From assembly GCA_964016885.1 (NCBI GenBank), contig OZ024742.1, forward strand, positions 74,710,001 through 74,774,000: 64,000 bases of DNA. Direction: 5' to 3'. Positions 39,599 to 53,944 of this stretch are shown piece after piece (positions within the stretch are counted from its first letter, which is position 1; every line of letters starts with the position of its first letter). The position numbers and the translations under genes are program-made. The notes beneath the pieces are model-generated. The model ran no database searches, had not been told where the DNA came from, and saw only the letters and a list, made by a program, of their open reading frames with translations. This DNA comes from Eledone cirrhosa (lineage: Eukaryota).

Positions 39599-39682
39599 CA
39601 TATTTGTACATACGCACACTTATTACTGATGGATTAGCAGTATGATGTTTTCAACCCCTGAAATCTCTTCCAACTCGCTTTA

Positions 39683-39822
<140 letters not shown>

Positions 39823-40149
39823 CACACGCGCGCACACACACACACAGACACACACACACACATGTAATTTAATTTTAATTTTATTTAAGGGTAATTTGGG
39901 TAAGATTGTGTAAGGAAAAATTATATATATTGTATGTTGTTAGGAGTGTATACTAAGATCAAAGCATGATGAGAGATGTAAAATGGTCATATAAACTGAG
40001 AAAATTATTCTTTTAAAATTTGCTTACAAAATAATAATATAAATAAATTAATATGTATTTTAAACTGTACTTGTAGTTTCTGTTTCCTTCTTTTCAGAAC
40101 AAAACCAATTAATAGAAATCAGAAACCCGAAGTCTGTCAATTGTCAAAA

Positions 40150-40298
40150 ATGGCTAGTTACCTTCACATACAAGAAAACAATCAGGAGATATCATATGAA
40201 ACGATTCCTGAAAGATTGCGTAATTTGAGTGAAACAGCTCCGGACAAAGTAGTGGTCGTTTGCTATGATGCAGAAAAGAAAAGACACCAAATAACCTT
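40150..40298 (+). CDS. Acyl-CoA synthetase (ANL family, ACSF2-like), coding exon 1
   Basis: MASYLHIQENNQEISYETIPERLRNLSETAPDKVVVVCYDAEKKRHQIT+TT|GTAAGT; polypyrimidine acceptor ending 40097; phase 2 matches the acceptor at 47877. Not in the ORF track. Confidence 0.85.
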
Positions 40299-40949
40299 GT
40301 AAGTACATGCGAATAATTTAATAAATTCAGGATCCCTGTGTTGCATTGAGTGGTGTAGTGCCAAAAATGAAATGAAGGAACACATCTTGTGAGTGTTGGG
40401 AGATGTCACTGACCATCACAATGAGGCCATGAATCTGTGGTTGTTGGGATAACGTAAGATATTCGGAAATTGGTTCCGAATTGAGACTGATTTTGGGGAT
40501 GGTGGTGGTGGTGAAGTAAGGGTTGTTGGAGACGGGCGTTGAGAGAAGGCATCAACACTCGTTTCAATGTCACGGTTTGACTGACTATTACATAGGCTAA
40601 TCGATCTATGTGTCAATTTTAGTAACCATTGGTTAACGATAATTGAATGTGTTATACTTGAATGTGTTAGCGACACTGTCACTCTGGCTAAAGAGGCTAC
40701 TATTATTTCGTTTGGCGGCCGGTAATGTATCACGTTAAATTTCTTTGCTTAATTTCCTATGTCAAATTATATTTCCTGTCTTATAAAGATCACCACATTG
40801 TTTCTTTGCTTGGACTTTCTATTTTTATTGGTTTTTACCGTGTTAATATTTTTCTTCTGTGAGGAATTACGTTTTACGTTTAGGTTGTCGGTCATGTTAC
40901 TCTATCTCTGAAACTCAACGATCACCATATATATGTATATATGGTGATT

Positions 40950-43400
40950 GCAAATGATTGCCGTCTACCTATGCACCTCCATCAACAGTCACCAACTCGA
41001 AACGTCCGTTCATGGCCGCTTAAGTGGCTTTTAAGTCCAGCTGCAGATTTGAACGGTCTGTGACAGACAAAAGATGTGCCCTGTAATGGGTTGACTGGAT
41101 CAGTTTGTGCCCTCTAATGGGTGGATTGGGTCAATTTGTGGGATGTCATCCCTATGTACCCTCATATGCCTTTTAAGACCAGAAATTGATTTGCAGATTC
41201 TTTTGTACACTACACATGCTGTCTCACTTAGTATTGAAGGGATAGCGCTGCATGCAGTTGGCTTTTCATGTGATTTTAAATGAGTGATGTACCTAGATTT
41301 AGAGAGCAGTAGACAATCTCACACTTCACAACTCCAGCTCCCCATGTTCTTATTGAGGTTCATACTGTAGCTTTTTCGAAGCTGACGTTTAAGTTTTTCA
41401 TGGTCAAGACGTCTCTCTTCAAACATTCTGCAGCCTTCCTTCACATGTCCTCTCCATTCAACCCTCGTTAAAGAAAGCACTTCCCAGTTCTGAACTTCAA
41501 ACTGTAGACTCTTAAGGTTTTGTTTTTTTATGCAATCTTTATATATTTTTCTTGGTTAATGCTGTAAAATAGTTGTTTTGGGAGTCTTTCCTCACTCAGG
41601 CACATCACATGGTCTACCCAAAGCATTTGAGAGGATATGATGGCACATTCAATGCACGTGTAACCAGCATCTATAAGGATTTGTCTGTCAAGTACTTCTT
41701 GTTGCCTTTTGATGTTTAGGATTCGTCTTAAACACTTTTGATTAAAATGTTCAAGCAAATTAACGTGTCTACGATATACTGTCCACGTTTCTGAAGAGTA
41801 CAACAGAGCACTCACAGGCCTTGTACAAAATAATCTTGATATTGATATTGATGCCATGATCCGCCCACACTCTCTTTTCAAGTTTTCCGAAAGTTACAGA
41901 GACCTTCTGAATGTGCAGGTGTATTTCTGCATCCAGCGAACCATCCCTCGACAATGTACTGACCAGTCAACTACGCCCAAGCTAGTTTCATGCACCATTA
42001 TATTTGGCTCAATATATGCCTCCCCTAGTGATGGAGTGAACATTACTTAGTTTTTTTCATACCAAAAGCATTACAAGAAGCTGTAAAACAATCCATGATG
42101 TGTTGCATGTCATCTTAAGAGTGATCCAGAAAGCCAACATCGTCTTCATACAGGAGTTCTCTAATTAATATTTGCAACACCTTGGATTTGAAATTAAATC
42201 TTCTTAGGTCAAATATTCTCCCTGTAGTTCTAACCTGCAATAGAACAGCTTTTGCACAGTCCTGAAATGCATGAGTCAGCATCATAGCAACAACTATTGA
42301 AAACAGTGTGCGAGCCGGGATATCTCCCTACTTCACGCCATTATCAACTGGGATTACATTGGACAATTCTCCATTCAAGACACATTTCTGTGCAGTCGGA
42401 CGAATATACCAATAAACTTTGGTGGCCACCCTGTTTCCCTAGCATTTTCCACAGCGCTCCTCTGTTCACCGTATCAAAGGCCTTTGTCAGATCGACAAAA
42501 CCCTGATACAGAGTAACCCGCTGCGCAATACATTTCCCCGGTATTTGCCTTGCAAAGAAGATCATATTAATCGTCCTTCTGCCCGATCTAAAGCCATTTT
42601 GGGATTCAGCGATGATTGTAGGACAAATGTCCTCCATCAACCTGTTCAACAATAATTTGTTGGACCACATACTGGACGCAAAACTGTTTTGAATCCTTTG
42701 CGTTATAAGCATATTGGATATCTTCAGAGGCCATATATTTTTAAAGTCTTCTCAGCTCGCGTTTTAAGATGGCTTTATATTCTTTGTATGTCTTTTTAAT
42801 AGCAGTTAGATTCGTGGGGCACTCTCCCAAAAACTTTGCACGAAGATGTGTGTTTTTTCTTTAATAGTTGACTGATAGCCTAATTATTATCATGAAACCA
42901 GTCTTTATGCGTTTTTATTTTCGCTCTGAAAGTTCTTTTCTTCCTATTGCATACAATTGATCCCTGAAGTTTATCCACGTTCCATCAAAGTCAATATTAT
43001 CCAAACGTTTATTCAAAGCCTCACATACTTCTTGTTGTTTAGCTTTCCAACATCAATAAGCTTCAGTGTTTTGATCCCACACATACGAGACTTTTTCCAA
43101 ACACGTAACTGAAACTCCCCCCGAACCATCTTATGGTCTGTGTTGCCTTCTGCACTGCACATCACGGGTAAATTGACATCATTCAAGTCGCCTACTCAGG
43201 TTACTATGAAATCTATCATGTGGCCAACTTTTGACTTTGGGTATATCCAGGTAACTTTATACTCCTTTTTTTGCGGAAGAATGTATTACAAATGGCTAGG
43301 TTGAGTTCTGAACAGAGCTCAAGTAGCTCCAGACCATTGTCATTCATCTTACCGATATATATACCCGTTAATAGAATTGTGTTCATTGTTCCTTTAACTG
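40950..43400 (-). mobile_element. Decayed RTE (BovB-like) LINE in the intron
   Basis: NDNGLELLELCSELNLAICNTFF, ESQNGFRSGR, FVDLTKAFDTVNR, LLYSSETWTVYRRH, RLPKQLFY. Confidence 0.85.
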
Positions 43401-43801
43401 GCGTGGGTATGAAATTAATCCTGCACGCATGCGTAGATCTATCAACAAGGTTAATATTCATATAGTCGGACAAAATAAACGAGTCCAACCTGCCACTAGA
43501 AATAACATTCAATATAGACTGTCTATCAGCTCACCATATAGGGAGTAGTAAATTATACATTAGTACATTTGTCATAATATACATAACATCTCAATAAAAA
43601 GATATCGTTAAAAAAACGTCATTCAGAGAAGCAAATACGTATAGAACATCTTATAGGCAGATTACTGTAGTTTCAAAGTCTAAAAGAATATATATATATA
43701 TATTAGAAAGTGAGGTTTTTTTACAAAATGAAAAGTAACCGAGGTGTCCTACACGAGTGAAAGTCTAAAGAAAAAGAGATGAAATCGAAAATGCAACTGG
43801 A

Positions 43802-43911
<110 letters not shown>

Positions 43912-43985
43912 TATGGTACCTTTATCGGTTTCGCAGTTCTACCAGTTTTTCAAAAGTAGAGTTGAGATGGAGGGTCTGTGGTTTT

Positions 43986-44039
<54 letters not shown>

Positions 44040-44310
44040 AATAGTTTATAGCTTTACATGTTTGAATACAATAAATGTAATCAGGTATTTTCGAATATTA
44101 ATAATAATATTCGAATCGGTTGCAATTACGCAAATAGCCTCTTTAAGCCATGTGAGTAGAATGACACCACCATTCTTGCTCTTGTGTATACATGAAACTG
44201 TCTGGCATATCTGGTGATATGCAAATCTGGCTGATCAGTGGGTCTGCTAATATGCAGATCTGACTGATCAGGCAGCCTGCTAATATGCATATGTATATGT
44301 ATATATAGAG

Positions 44311-44351
<41 letters not shown>

Positions 44352-44358
44352 TTGTGTA

Positions 44359-44414
<56 letters not shown>

Positions 44415-44418
<4 letters not shown>

Positions 44419-44742
44419 AAAGGTAAACAGAAATAACAACACAATCGGTACAGTATATGGAAGGTATATATTAGGTTAACGCTTGATATAGCAGGAAGAG
44501 GGTCTTAACGTTTCGGACGCTAGTCCTTCATCAGAAGAAAGAATGAGAAATAAAATAGATTGAGGGGACGGGCGGGATGGAATTGGAAAAAATGTCTTTA
44601 GATAAAAATAACAGGTCCATTCATGTTGACATCTCTTGCAAAACTGTTGATGCTGGCGTTTTGTGTGTGATTTGTTTTTTTAGAAAAGTGGATGATGGAC
44701 CGCGTCTACTTGAAATGGAAATAAAACCGTCATGTGCGTAAG

Positions 44743-44825
<83 letters not shown>

Positions 44826-45848
44826 ATAGGTCCGTACGAATCTAAGAAGAAATGTGTGTGTATATATGAGTAAAAGAGTGTGTGTGCATGTAAGTACGAA
44901 GCTATGAGCAAAAGTATGTTAGTATAAAGTGTGTATCGGCATGTATTAGTAAGAGAAGCTGCTAATGATCAAGAGAAAGCGATAGGAATCTAGGGGCCTG
45001 ATAATGGACGGGGTATTAGAGAAATTGGGGAGGTGAGTTGAGTCCAAGAGGGGAGAGGACCCAAGGCGGTGAATCAGACTTTGTTCAGTCCTGATGCGCG
45101 AGGCCTGTGATCCATGATGTAAAAGGACACCCAGGACTGAAACATGTAGGGAAGAATGACCAGAAGAACAGAAATGACAGGCGACAGGAGTATCCAAACC
45201 GAGCCTGTTGTCCCTCAAATGTTCGGCAAAACGGTCCGCCATACGGCGTTCCGTTTGTCCGATATGTAAAGACCCGCAAACGGAACACCGAAGGGCATAG
45301 ACTACGTGGGTGGATGTTCATGTGAAGGAATGGCGGATACGGAACGACCCGTTAGGGCCTGTAAGAGTGGTGAGGGTGAAAATAAAGGGACAAGTGTTGC
45401 AGCGGGAACGGGAACAAGGATGAGAGCCGGGTGGAGTCGTGTTAGAAGAAGAAAAGGAACTGCGAACCAGGAATCGCGGAGGTTGCGGGCGCGCTTAAAA
45501 TCAAAAATAGGTGGGTTTGGAAAAAAGCGAGAAGTGACGGGGTCAGAAGAGAAGATACGGAAGGAACGGAGGATATGTCGCCGGAGTGGTAGGGTGATGG
45601 GGTGATAGGTGAGAGGGAAAGGAACACGGGTATTGGGAGGGCGGGGGTGAGGTGAGAGGACTGTGGTGAGGTCTGTTTCACGAGCGCGGGTGAGAGCAGC
45701 TTGGATCAAGGTGGGGGGATATCCACGCTGGATGAAGCAGGTAGCCATGCGAAGGGAATGGGTTTCGAAATCGTCGTCCTAGCTATAGAGTCGACGAAGA
45801 CGGAGGAATTGGGAATAGGGTATGGAGTGTTTTGTGTGGGTTGGACGA
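44415..45848 (-). mobile_element. 5'-truncated Penelope-like element (RT thumb + GIY-YIG + pseudo-LTR)
   Basis: SIPYSQFLRLRR, FIQRGYP, LTYHP, RNLRD, RFAEHLR...PVA.HF; HHR at the 3' end. Confidence 0.9.
44503..44538 (-). ncRNA. Minimal type I hammerhead ribozyme
   Basis: TCTT-CTGATGA-AGGAC-TAGC-GTCC-GAAACGTT-AAGA: intact core with minimal palindromic stem III. Confidence 0.85.
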
Positions 45849-46030
45849 TGTATATATTTTAAAAATGTTTTTTTCGTTCTACATGGGTGAATACAATAAA
45901 TGTAATCTGAGATTTTCGAATATTAATAATAATATTCAATTTGTTTGCAATTATGCAAACAAGCCTCATTTTTATAGCCATTTCAGTAGAATGAGCCCCT
46001 CATTCTTGCTCTTGTGTTGGCATGTAAACA

Positions 46031-46080
46031 GAACTGCAGACACTAATGTCTCTGGGTATTACCCTTCATCAGTACAGTTC
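46031..46080 (-). ncRNA. Type I hammerhead motif (GAAA to GAGA)
   Basis: GAACTGTA-CTGATGA-AGGGT-AAT-ACCCA-GAGA-CATTAGTG-TC-TGCAGTTC: 8-bp stem I; within a repeat also at 44053-44290 and inverted at 46335-46465. Confidence 0.7.
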
Positions 46081-46140
46081 ACTGTTCACCTGCCAACTTC
46101 AGAGCTAGTGAAAATATGATATTTTCTAAAATATACAGTG

Positions 46141-46240
46141 ACTGATCAGCCTGATTTGCATATGAGCAGACTGGCTGATCAGTCAGATTTGCATATTAGC
46201 AGATCCACTGATCAGCCAGATTTGCATATCAGCAGACTGG
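46141..46240. repeat. Three 33-bp tandem units, each with octamer ATTTGCAT
   Basis: CTGATCAG...GATTTGCATAT.AGCAGA repeated three times; inverted relative at 44215-44290. Confidence 0.75.
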
Positions 46241-47877
46241 CCAGTCAGTTTCCTGTATACGATCGATCAATGGCCGGCTTTACCATATTAAAAAAAAATT
46301 TCGCTCTACATGGCTGAATACAATAAATGTAATTGTGTTCATGCCAACACAAGAGCAAGAATGAGGGGCTCATTCTACTGACATGGCTTTAAAATGAGGC
46401 TTGTTTGCATAATTGCAAACGAATTGAATATTATTATTAATATTCGAAAAACTCAGATTACATTTATATTTATAAACGTCCAAGTAAGACACTTGTTCAT
46501 AACAATCCCGCATACGAGAGTTTTACATTTCAAACCCTGCTAAAGTCAAATGGATGTTTGATATGAACATTAAGTGACTTCTGATTGCGATATTAAAGAT
46601 GAAAAAGCTACCTTCTATTGAGTGTAATATCTTTTCGGTGTATTTAAATATAATTTAAATTGGTATCCTTACCAGCTATTTAAGACAAACATCTAAATAT
46701 TTTAAAGAGCATCACAAAATCAGGGTGGCTAAGTTATTCTACAAGGATCAAGCTTCTTATCAAAGGATCTTTTAGTATTGCAATAGGTGGTAAGGAACGC
46801 TGAATAATAGAAGTAAGCTCCCGGTGAACTGCCCCACGATTTGGTTTCTATTTCTGCTAATGGGTTTTGAAAAAGTGCGAATGATTCAGCATCTCATTTC
46901 AACTTTAATATACAGTTCCTTGCAGTAGTCAAAGTTGAGTAATATTGGGTCTAAAGTGAACTAGTACTAAATGCCGTAGTTTAAACTGATCATTCTCCCA
47001 GAGAGGTTTTTGTATGCACCAATGCAGATATGTCATATCTTCCAGGTTAAACATATCTGGAACAATATATCCACAATCTGTTATACAATCGAGTGTCTGA
47101 ACTGGCTGAACTGTTCAAATTTTCTTCTACCAATTGTTACTTATTTTGGGAATTTGATTGAAAATATATTTGCCTATATATACTTTCACTAGTCCGCCCT
47201 AGTTATAGCACTATATTTTGTTAGAAATATGAGATATTTTTGTATTCAATTAATTATTAAGAAGCACCATGAGTTCGGAGAAAGGCTTTATAACGAATCT
47301 GTATTTTATCAATTTGTGTTATCAACTTCAATCTGAGCATCCACATTGATGATATAAGAAACTGTTTCTGTGTTTACTCACTCGCATATGTATAGATTAT
47401 ATAGTTCTGTGTCAAACAATGAATATATTAGTCATGTTTATTACACTCTTCTGTTGGTTTTGTGTCTCACACAGCATATGATCCGTTGGTTATCACTGAA
47501 CATTTAATTCTTATGTGTATCGAGTCATGTCCGCTTGACAGAGCTCGACTCAGTCGATGTTCTACCCACTATATAAATGGAAGTAACATTTCGAAGTAAA
47601 GAGACACTAATCAATTTTACACTGCTAACATTATGTGCAGTGGTAAGTTGTTAAAGTGGTATATATTTTCAGTTCAGTGCTCAGATTACAGAGTTTGATA
47701 CCTTAAATATATACAGATACAGTACAGCGCTGACAACAGAATTGAAACTTTCGGGATTTCTCAAGTAAACTCTGTTTTCTTTATAGAATATATGAATGTA
47801 AAAAAAAATCTAATGTATTATGCCATAAGGACGCTATGGTTTATAGCATACATACCATCTGTTATTTGTATTTGCAG

Positions 47878-49360
47878 GAAAGAAATGTATGATATTGCGT
47901 TGAAGTTTGCCAAGGTTCTGATGAAACTAGGAATTAAAAAAGGAGAGAAGATTGCATATTGTGTTCCTAACTGTGTGGAATGGATGAGCTACGACATTGG
48001 AATCATGATGACGGGGGCATATTCTATAAGATTAATGTTTGGATTGGCAGATATGAAATCTGTTTTAGAAGGATGTAGTGTAGTTGTATTTGGTTCGAAA
48101 TCTATTTGGGATAGTTTTCTGTCTATTGCAGAGATAAACGATAACGGAAAGATATCTAGTAGCGCCTGCCCTAATTTAAGAATAGCTATTGATGTCTCCA
48201 GCACATACAGACCACCCAATGCTTTATCTGCTGCTAAGTTAATGGCAGAAATATATGATGATGATACAATTGAATTTCCTTACATTGATCCAGAAGACAT
48301 TGCAACAATCAATCAGACTTCCGGTACTACTGGTGTACCTAAACGTATTTGTCACAGCCATTTTGAGTACTTAAACATACCACATGCAGTTTTAGAAAGT
48401 AATAGTATTATTTCTGATATTTCATTTAGCAATCGCCCAATGGGATATATTGGAGGATATCCTTTATCATTGTTAACCGGAGGAACTGTACACGTATCAG
48501 GAGATGTAGAAATGTTGAATGATGAGAATAACTTAGATTTTCTCATAAACATATGGCAACAAGAGAAATGTACTATAGTTGGGGCTGCAACACAGGACTT
48601 GAAACGACTAAGCAAACGCGAATTCCGTGTAAAGAAGATAGTTGCAGGTGGAGATTTGATTACACGGGATGCAATAGAACATTCTTTTAAAATTGCAGAT
48701 GAATTTGTAATTGCTTACGGAAGTACTGAAGCTTTGATTATATCTTTAAGAGTTTTTACCCCAGAAAATATTTCAGAACATCGACAAGGAATGCTGGGTT
48801 ATATACTTGGAGGTTCAGAAATCAAGATTGTTGATAATGAGAAAAGAGTTGTAGATATTGGAAAACCGGGTCATTTGTATTTTCGAAGTAAGTGGACAAC
48901 ACATCAATTTCTGGATGGTACATCATGCCTAGAAAATGGATGGTATCCAACGTCAGATATTTGTTACTTAACAAAAGATAGTGAACTTATCATGATTGGA
49001 AGAAGTACAGACTTTATTAAAAAGTGTACAGTAAAGTTATCAATTAAACTAATTGAAGATTATGTCGGACGTCACTCAAGTATAGAAGCAGTGGTTGTCG
49101 TAGCAATTCCAGACAAGGATGTTGGTGAACGTGTGTGTGCATGTGTTACTGTATTACCTGATCAGGAGTTCAATGAAGATAAATTAAAGAAGTTCTGTGC
49201 AGAAACAATGCCACAACCAACTAACTTTGATTCAGTATCGATGCATCCTGATCATATAGTATATTTTCCTTGTTTTCCACTTTTGGCTAGTGGCAAGTGT
49301 GACAGAAAAACTATAACAGCTTTGGCCATTACAAAGGTTAAAGATTGTAACGATAAATAA
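47878..49360 (+). CDS. Acyl-CoA synthetase (ANL family, ACSF2-like), coding exon 2 (terminal)
   Basis: Acceptor TTTGCAG|G; uninterrupted 493 codons; P-loop QTSGTTGVPK, AYGSTE, GWYPTSD, IGRSTDFIK, PLLASGKCDR; spliced product about 543 aa. Confidence 0.95.
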
Positions 49361-49429
49361 TGCAAATGTTAAGACTAAGACGCTTTTTTCACATATCTAT
49401 ATTTAACCTTACTTATCCTATTTAAAGGA

Positions 49430-49512
<83 letters not shown>

Positions 49513-49518
49513 CATACT

Positions 49519-49565
<47 letters not shown>

Positions 49566-49796
49566 GTGTGTGTGTGTATGTGTGTGTGTTTCTTTAGGTG
49601 CTCGTTCGTTGTTGTTTTTATCTACTGTAATTGGCATATATACGGTCAAAATTGTATTTATGGTATATCCCTCTAATGCTGTAATTGATTCCACTCTTAT
49701 GCCAAGAATTTGCTTCTCGCATCATTAAGTCGTGGTATATGGACTACGTCAAACGCTTTCGACTTGTGCTGCCGAAGTTCAAATACAACTCTAATG

Positions 49797-49873
<77 letters not shown>

Positions 49874-50227
49874 GACACACGCATATTTAATGAAATTAAT
49901 ACTTTGCGTAATGTCCTCCGTGTTTGAAATGTGGTCGTGCCAACCTGAATTACTAAAATAATAGTTGATCTCTATACATCACAGTAAAGATTATCATGTA
50001 TCCCTAAAGATCGATAAATGTAATCGTTAACGGATGAACTATGAAAAGATGTGTATTGGGATAATGTATTGTTAATGTAATAAAATACTTTAACACAACT
50101 CGTACTCGGATTGATTGCTTTACCAACATGAATATTTATTACGAAATTCAACTACACTATATACATATACATGTATGCCTGTCTGTATGTATTGTTGTAT
50201 GTATGTGTGTGTGTGTATATGTATGTA

Positions 50228-50270
<43 letters not shown>

Positions 50271-50328
50271 TCATACATACATATATATATATATGTATAT
50301 ATATTAATATATACACACACGCACACAC

Positions 50329-50371
<43 letters not shown>

Positions 50372-50399
50372 GGAAGTACTATATAGAGAGAAGAGGCTT

Positions 50400-51574
50400 G
50401 AGATACTCTGTAGTGTGTTAAAGATATTTTAATGCTTTAATATCTCTGTATTAATATATTGATATTTGATTATCTCTATACAAAGGCCATTTGTGTGTAT
50501 TAACATGCATATAAAAGGTTTACAGAGTTTATTTATGTGTTCGTATATATGTCTGTATATGTGCATAACGATGCTGGAAAACTCACGCAGATATTTATTT
50601 ATACATATATATATGTATATGTATGGTTCTGTGTGTATATGTTGATGTGTTGTGCAGGCGTGCATAATATTAAATACATGAACGATCATCATGTATGTGA
50701 GGACATGAATATTAATCGTATGTTTTATGTATATATACTGTGAAATTTTTATAACACAAGAAATGTATAAAAGTGATCAGGTGAAATCATTTGTATGTCT
50801 ATATTATTGACTAGAGTAGACATAATTTTCTCTTCTTTCTTCTTTTTTCAGAACGTACATATGCGTGTATATATATATACATATATGTATCCGTTTTTTT
50901 ATAAATAGGGTAATTTTTGAAGATTTTAACTCAGATTTTGGTATATTGACCTCAGAGTTTTAAACTAAACATATGGTCATTATTGAACAATGTTATTTTC
51001 TCATACTATATATCTATGTCTCATTCATAAATATTGATATTTGCATTTTTATTATTCATTTCATATGAATTGTTAATTCAACTTAATATGACATGACGTA
51101 AAGTTGTCACTGTATCCTCTTCTCTCTATATAGTACTTCCTCTCTCTTGAGTTTCTCTATCTGTATGATGAATTATTATCTCTCTGTTGCTTTCTTTTGC
51201 CTTTCTCTTTCTTTTTTCTTTTTCATTTCCTCCTATCTATTTATATATATCTTCCTTTTTTCTCTCTCTCCTTCTTTTTCTCTCTCCTTCTCTCTCTCCG
51301 TTTTTTCTTTCTCTCCGTTTTTTTCTTTCTCTCCGTCTTTTTTCTAACTGTGCTTAACACTATAACTAATAAAATAATTATAAACATCTCACTATCCAGA
51401 CAGCTTCCAAAATTAATGGTCGCTTCTAATAGGGTACGTCAAAATTATTTATAAAACTGTTTATATATTGTATTTTATCTGACGAAGGCATGCATATTTT
51501 AATTTGGTATCCCTGAAATATGTATAATGAAATTAATATGGTTTTATAAATATAGTTTCCATTTATTTAATATC

Positions 51575-51575
<1 letters not shown>
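50400..51575 (+). mobile_element. 3' UTR/pseudo-LTR fragment of a Naiad-type PLE relative, with HHR at 51471-51534
   Basis: Diverged reverse complement of about 53945-55240; TATTTTAT-CTGACGA-AGG...CCT-GAAA-TATGTA-TA-ATGAAAT. Confidence 0.8.
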
Positions 51576-51628
<53 letters not shown>

Positions 51629-51926
51629 CTCTGATTGTTTAATTTATTAATTTTTCATTGAGCCAAAAAGTGACCAGTTGCAAAACACGTATATGTATGT
51701 GTATGCATATATATATATGTAAACTTTTATATGTAATAATCTCCCACTAGGTTGAGATACAAATTTGGCTGTATTGGGCTGTGCTTTCTAGCAAAAATGC
51801 CACCAGTCGTAAGCAACTACCACACCCCTTCCAACTTGACCGCGACTACGTCACGATTTTTAGCCATTTTGAAATGAATTCTTGGCGTGATCGTTTTGGA
51901 AAATTTGATGTCTAGATATGAGCGAG

Positions 51927-52012
51927 CTTCCTGAAGAATCCGGCGCTCGAGTTTATATAATTATTACATAATTATTGGATAACTCAAAACACGGACGAAA
52001 CCATGGTAGAGG
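51927..52012 (+). ncRNA. Type I hammerhead ribozyme
   Basis: CTTC-CTGAAGA-ATCCG...CGGAC-GAAAC-CATG-GTA-GAGG; palindromic stem III. Confidence 0.8.
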
Positions 52013-52268
52013 TATTTAAGTGTATTCTATTTTCTCCTAGTTTATTTTAAACCTAATTCTGCTTAGTTGACTGTATCTAGGCGATTACGCTGTCGAAATA
52101 TTCGATAAATATTCCACTACGGCCGACGTGAAGCGCTAGTTTTGGTTATTTGTTGGAGATTCCTTCATAGAAGCGTCATTCGTATAGCCTGCTCTATTCG
52201 ATTTTTTATATAGTTAATTATGGTAATTGGGAGAGGAAATAGTATATATTTTATCTTGTGATTCTATG

Positions 52269-52470
<202 letters not shown>

Positions 52471-52742
52471 ATGGACTGGGAATCGAGCTTACAACCTCAT
52501 TGTTGTGTGGACTGTTGGATTTCTATTCAATTTGCACGTGCTCGCACATTTGCATATGGATCACGTGACCTGGGCGGTTAGTCATCGTTGGTGTTAAAAA
52601 CTCGGTCGCAGACTGCCACTTACTTTATGTTATTATGCTACTGCGAGAAGGGGCGTTTTGGTTGTTTCATATAAATTACACAAATTATTTGATATGACTC
52701 GTTGTGTTTTCTCTGCGAGTACCGAGAGGAATACAGCATATA

Positions 52743-52800
<58 letters not shown>

Positions 52801-52878
52801 TGCTTACACACTTTTACAAATTATTCCCTGTGATTGTTTCATATGTTTATTTTAGATATATATATGTCAATCAATTTC

Positions 52879-52937
<59 letters not shown>

Positions 52938-53278
52938 ATTTTTAGGATGGAGTGAGGGACTCCTAGTCCTCATTAAAACATCTCTTTAGGAGAAGGTTAC
53001 TCTGATATAAAACCTGCGACTTCGTTTGCATCCAATGGTGTAGACCAGTTCTTCTTTTTGGGTAAATGTATTCGATGTTCAAAGATTAGTGTCTTTGGAT
53101 TTGTACGTGTGTTATATAGTTATAGAGGTATTTATTTACGCTTTAATTTATATTTTTAATTATCGTGTCTATAGTCTGCCTTTCATAGGTTATAGATTCC
53201 ATACACTGGTGGGTTTTTTCCCCTGTTTTATTGATAACGCACTGTATACCTCTCTCTGGTGTGTTACCTTTTCAACAT

Positions 53279-53319
<41 letters not shown>

Positions 53320-53364
53320 AAGTTAAATAAAAAGTCAAATGATTAAAATTTAGCTTCGTTTATT

Positions 53365-53419
53365 ACTGCTATATATATTTCAGTGACAGCCATCTTTGGC
53401 TGTGACCTCTTCAGGCAGT
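53365..53419 (-). ncRNA. Type I hammerhead ribozyme (second copy 60590-60644, +)
   Basis: ACTGC-CTGAAGA-GGTCACAGCC...GGCTGTCACT-GAAA-TATATA-TA-GCAGT; the 60590 copy has TAAA for GAAA. Confidence 0.85.
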
Positions 53420-53529
53420 TTGAAATAGTATGGTATAGACAAGTACATATGTTGTTGAGGTGTATAATATTGTCAATACTCTGATATGCCCAATTCCTGG
53501 TTGGGTTATTATTTCACTGAGGAACTTGA

Positions 53530-53575
<46 letters not shown>

Positions 53576-53944
53576 ATGTTGAAAAGGTAACACACCAGAG
53601 AGAGATATACAGTGCGTTATCAATAAAACAGGGAAAAAACCCACCAGTGTATGGAATCTATAACCTACGAAAGGCAGACTATAGACACGATAATTAAAAA
53701 TATAAATTAAAGCGTAAATAAATACCTCTATAACTATATAACACACGTACACATCCAAAGACACTAATCTTTGAACATCGAATACATTTACCCAAAAAGA
53801 AGAACTGGTCTACACCATTGGATGCAAACGAAGTCGCAGGTTTTATATCAGAGTAACCTTCTCCTAAAGAGATATTTTAATGAGGACTAGGAGTCCCTCA
53901 CTCCATCCCCAAAATACTTTATATATATATATGTATATATATAT

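Noticed and set aside
47792-47877. ORF-track start MNVKKNLMYY... of the 522-aa ORF
   Set aside because: Intronic read-through; a good acceptor at 47877 joins in phase to the exon at 40150-40298, which supplies a family-typical N-terminus.
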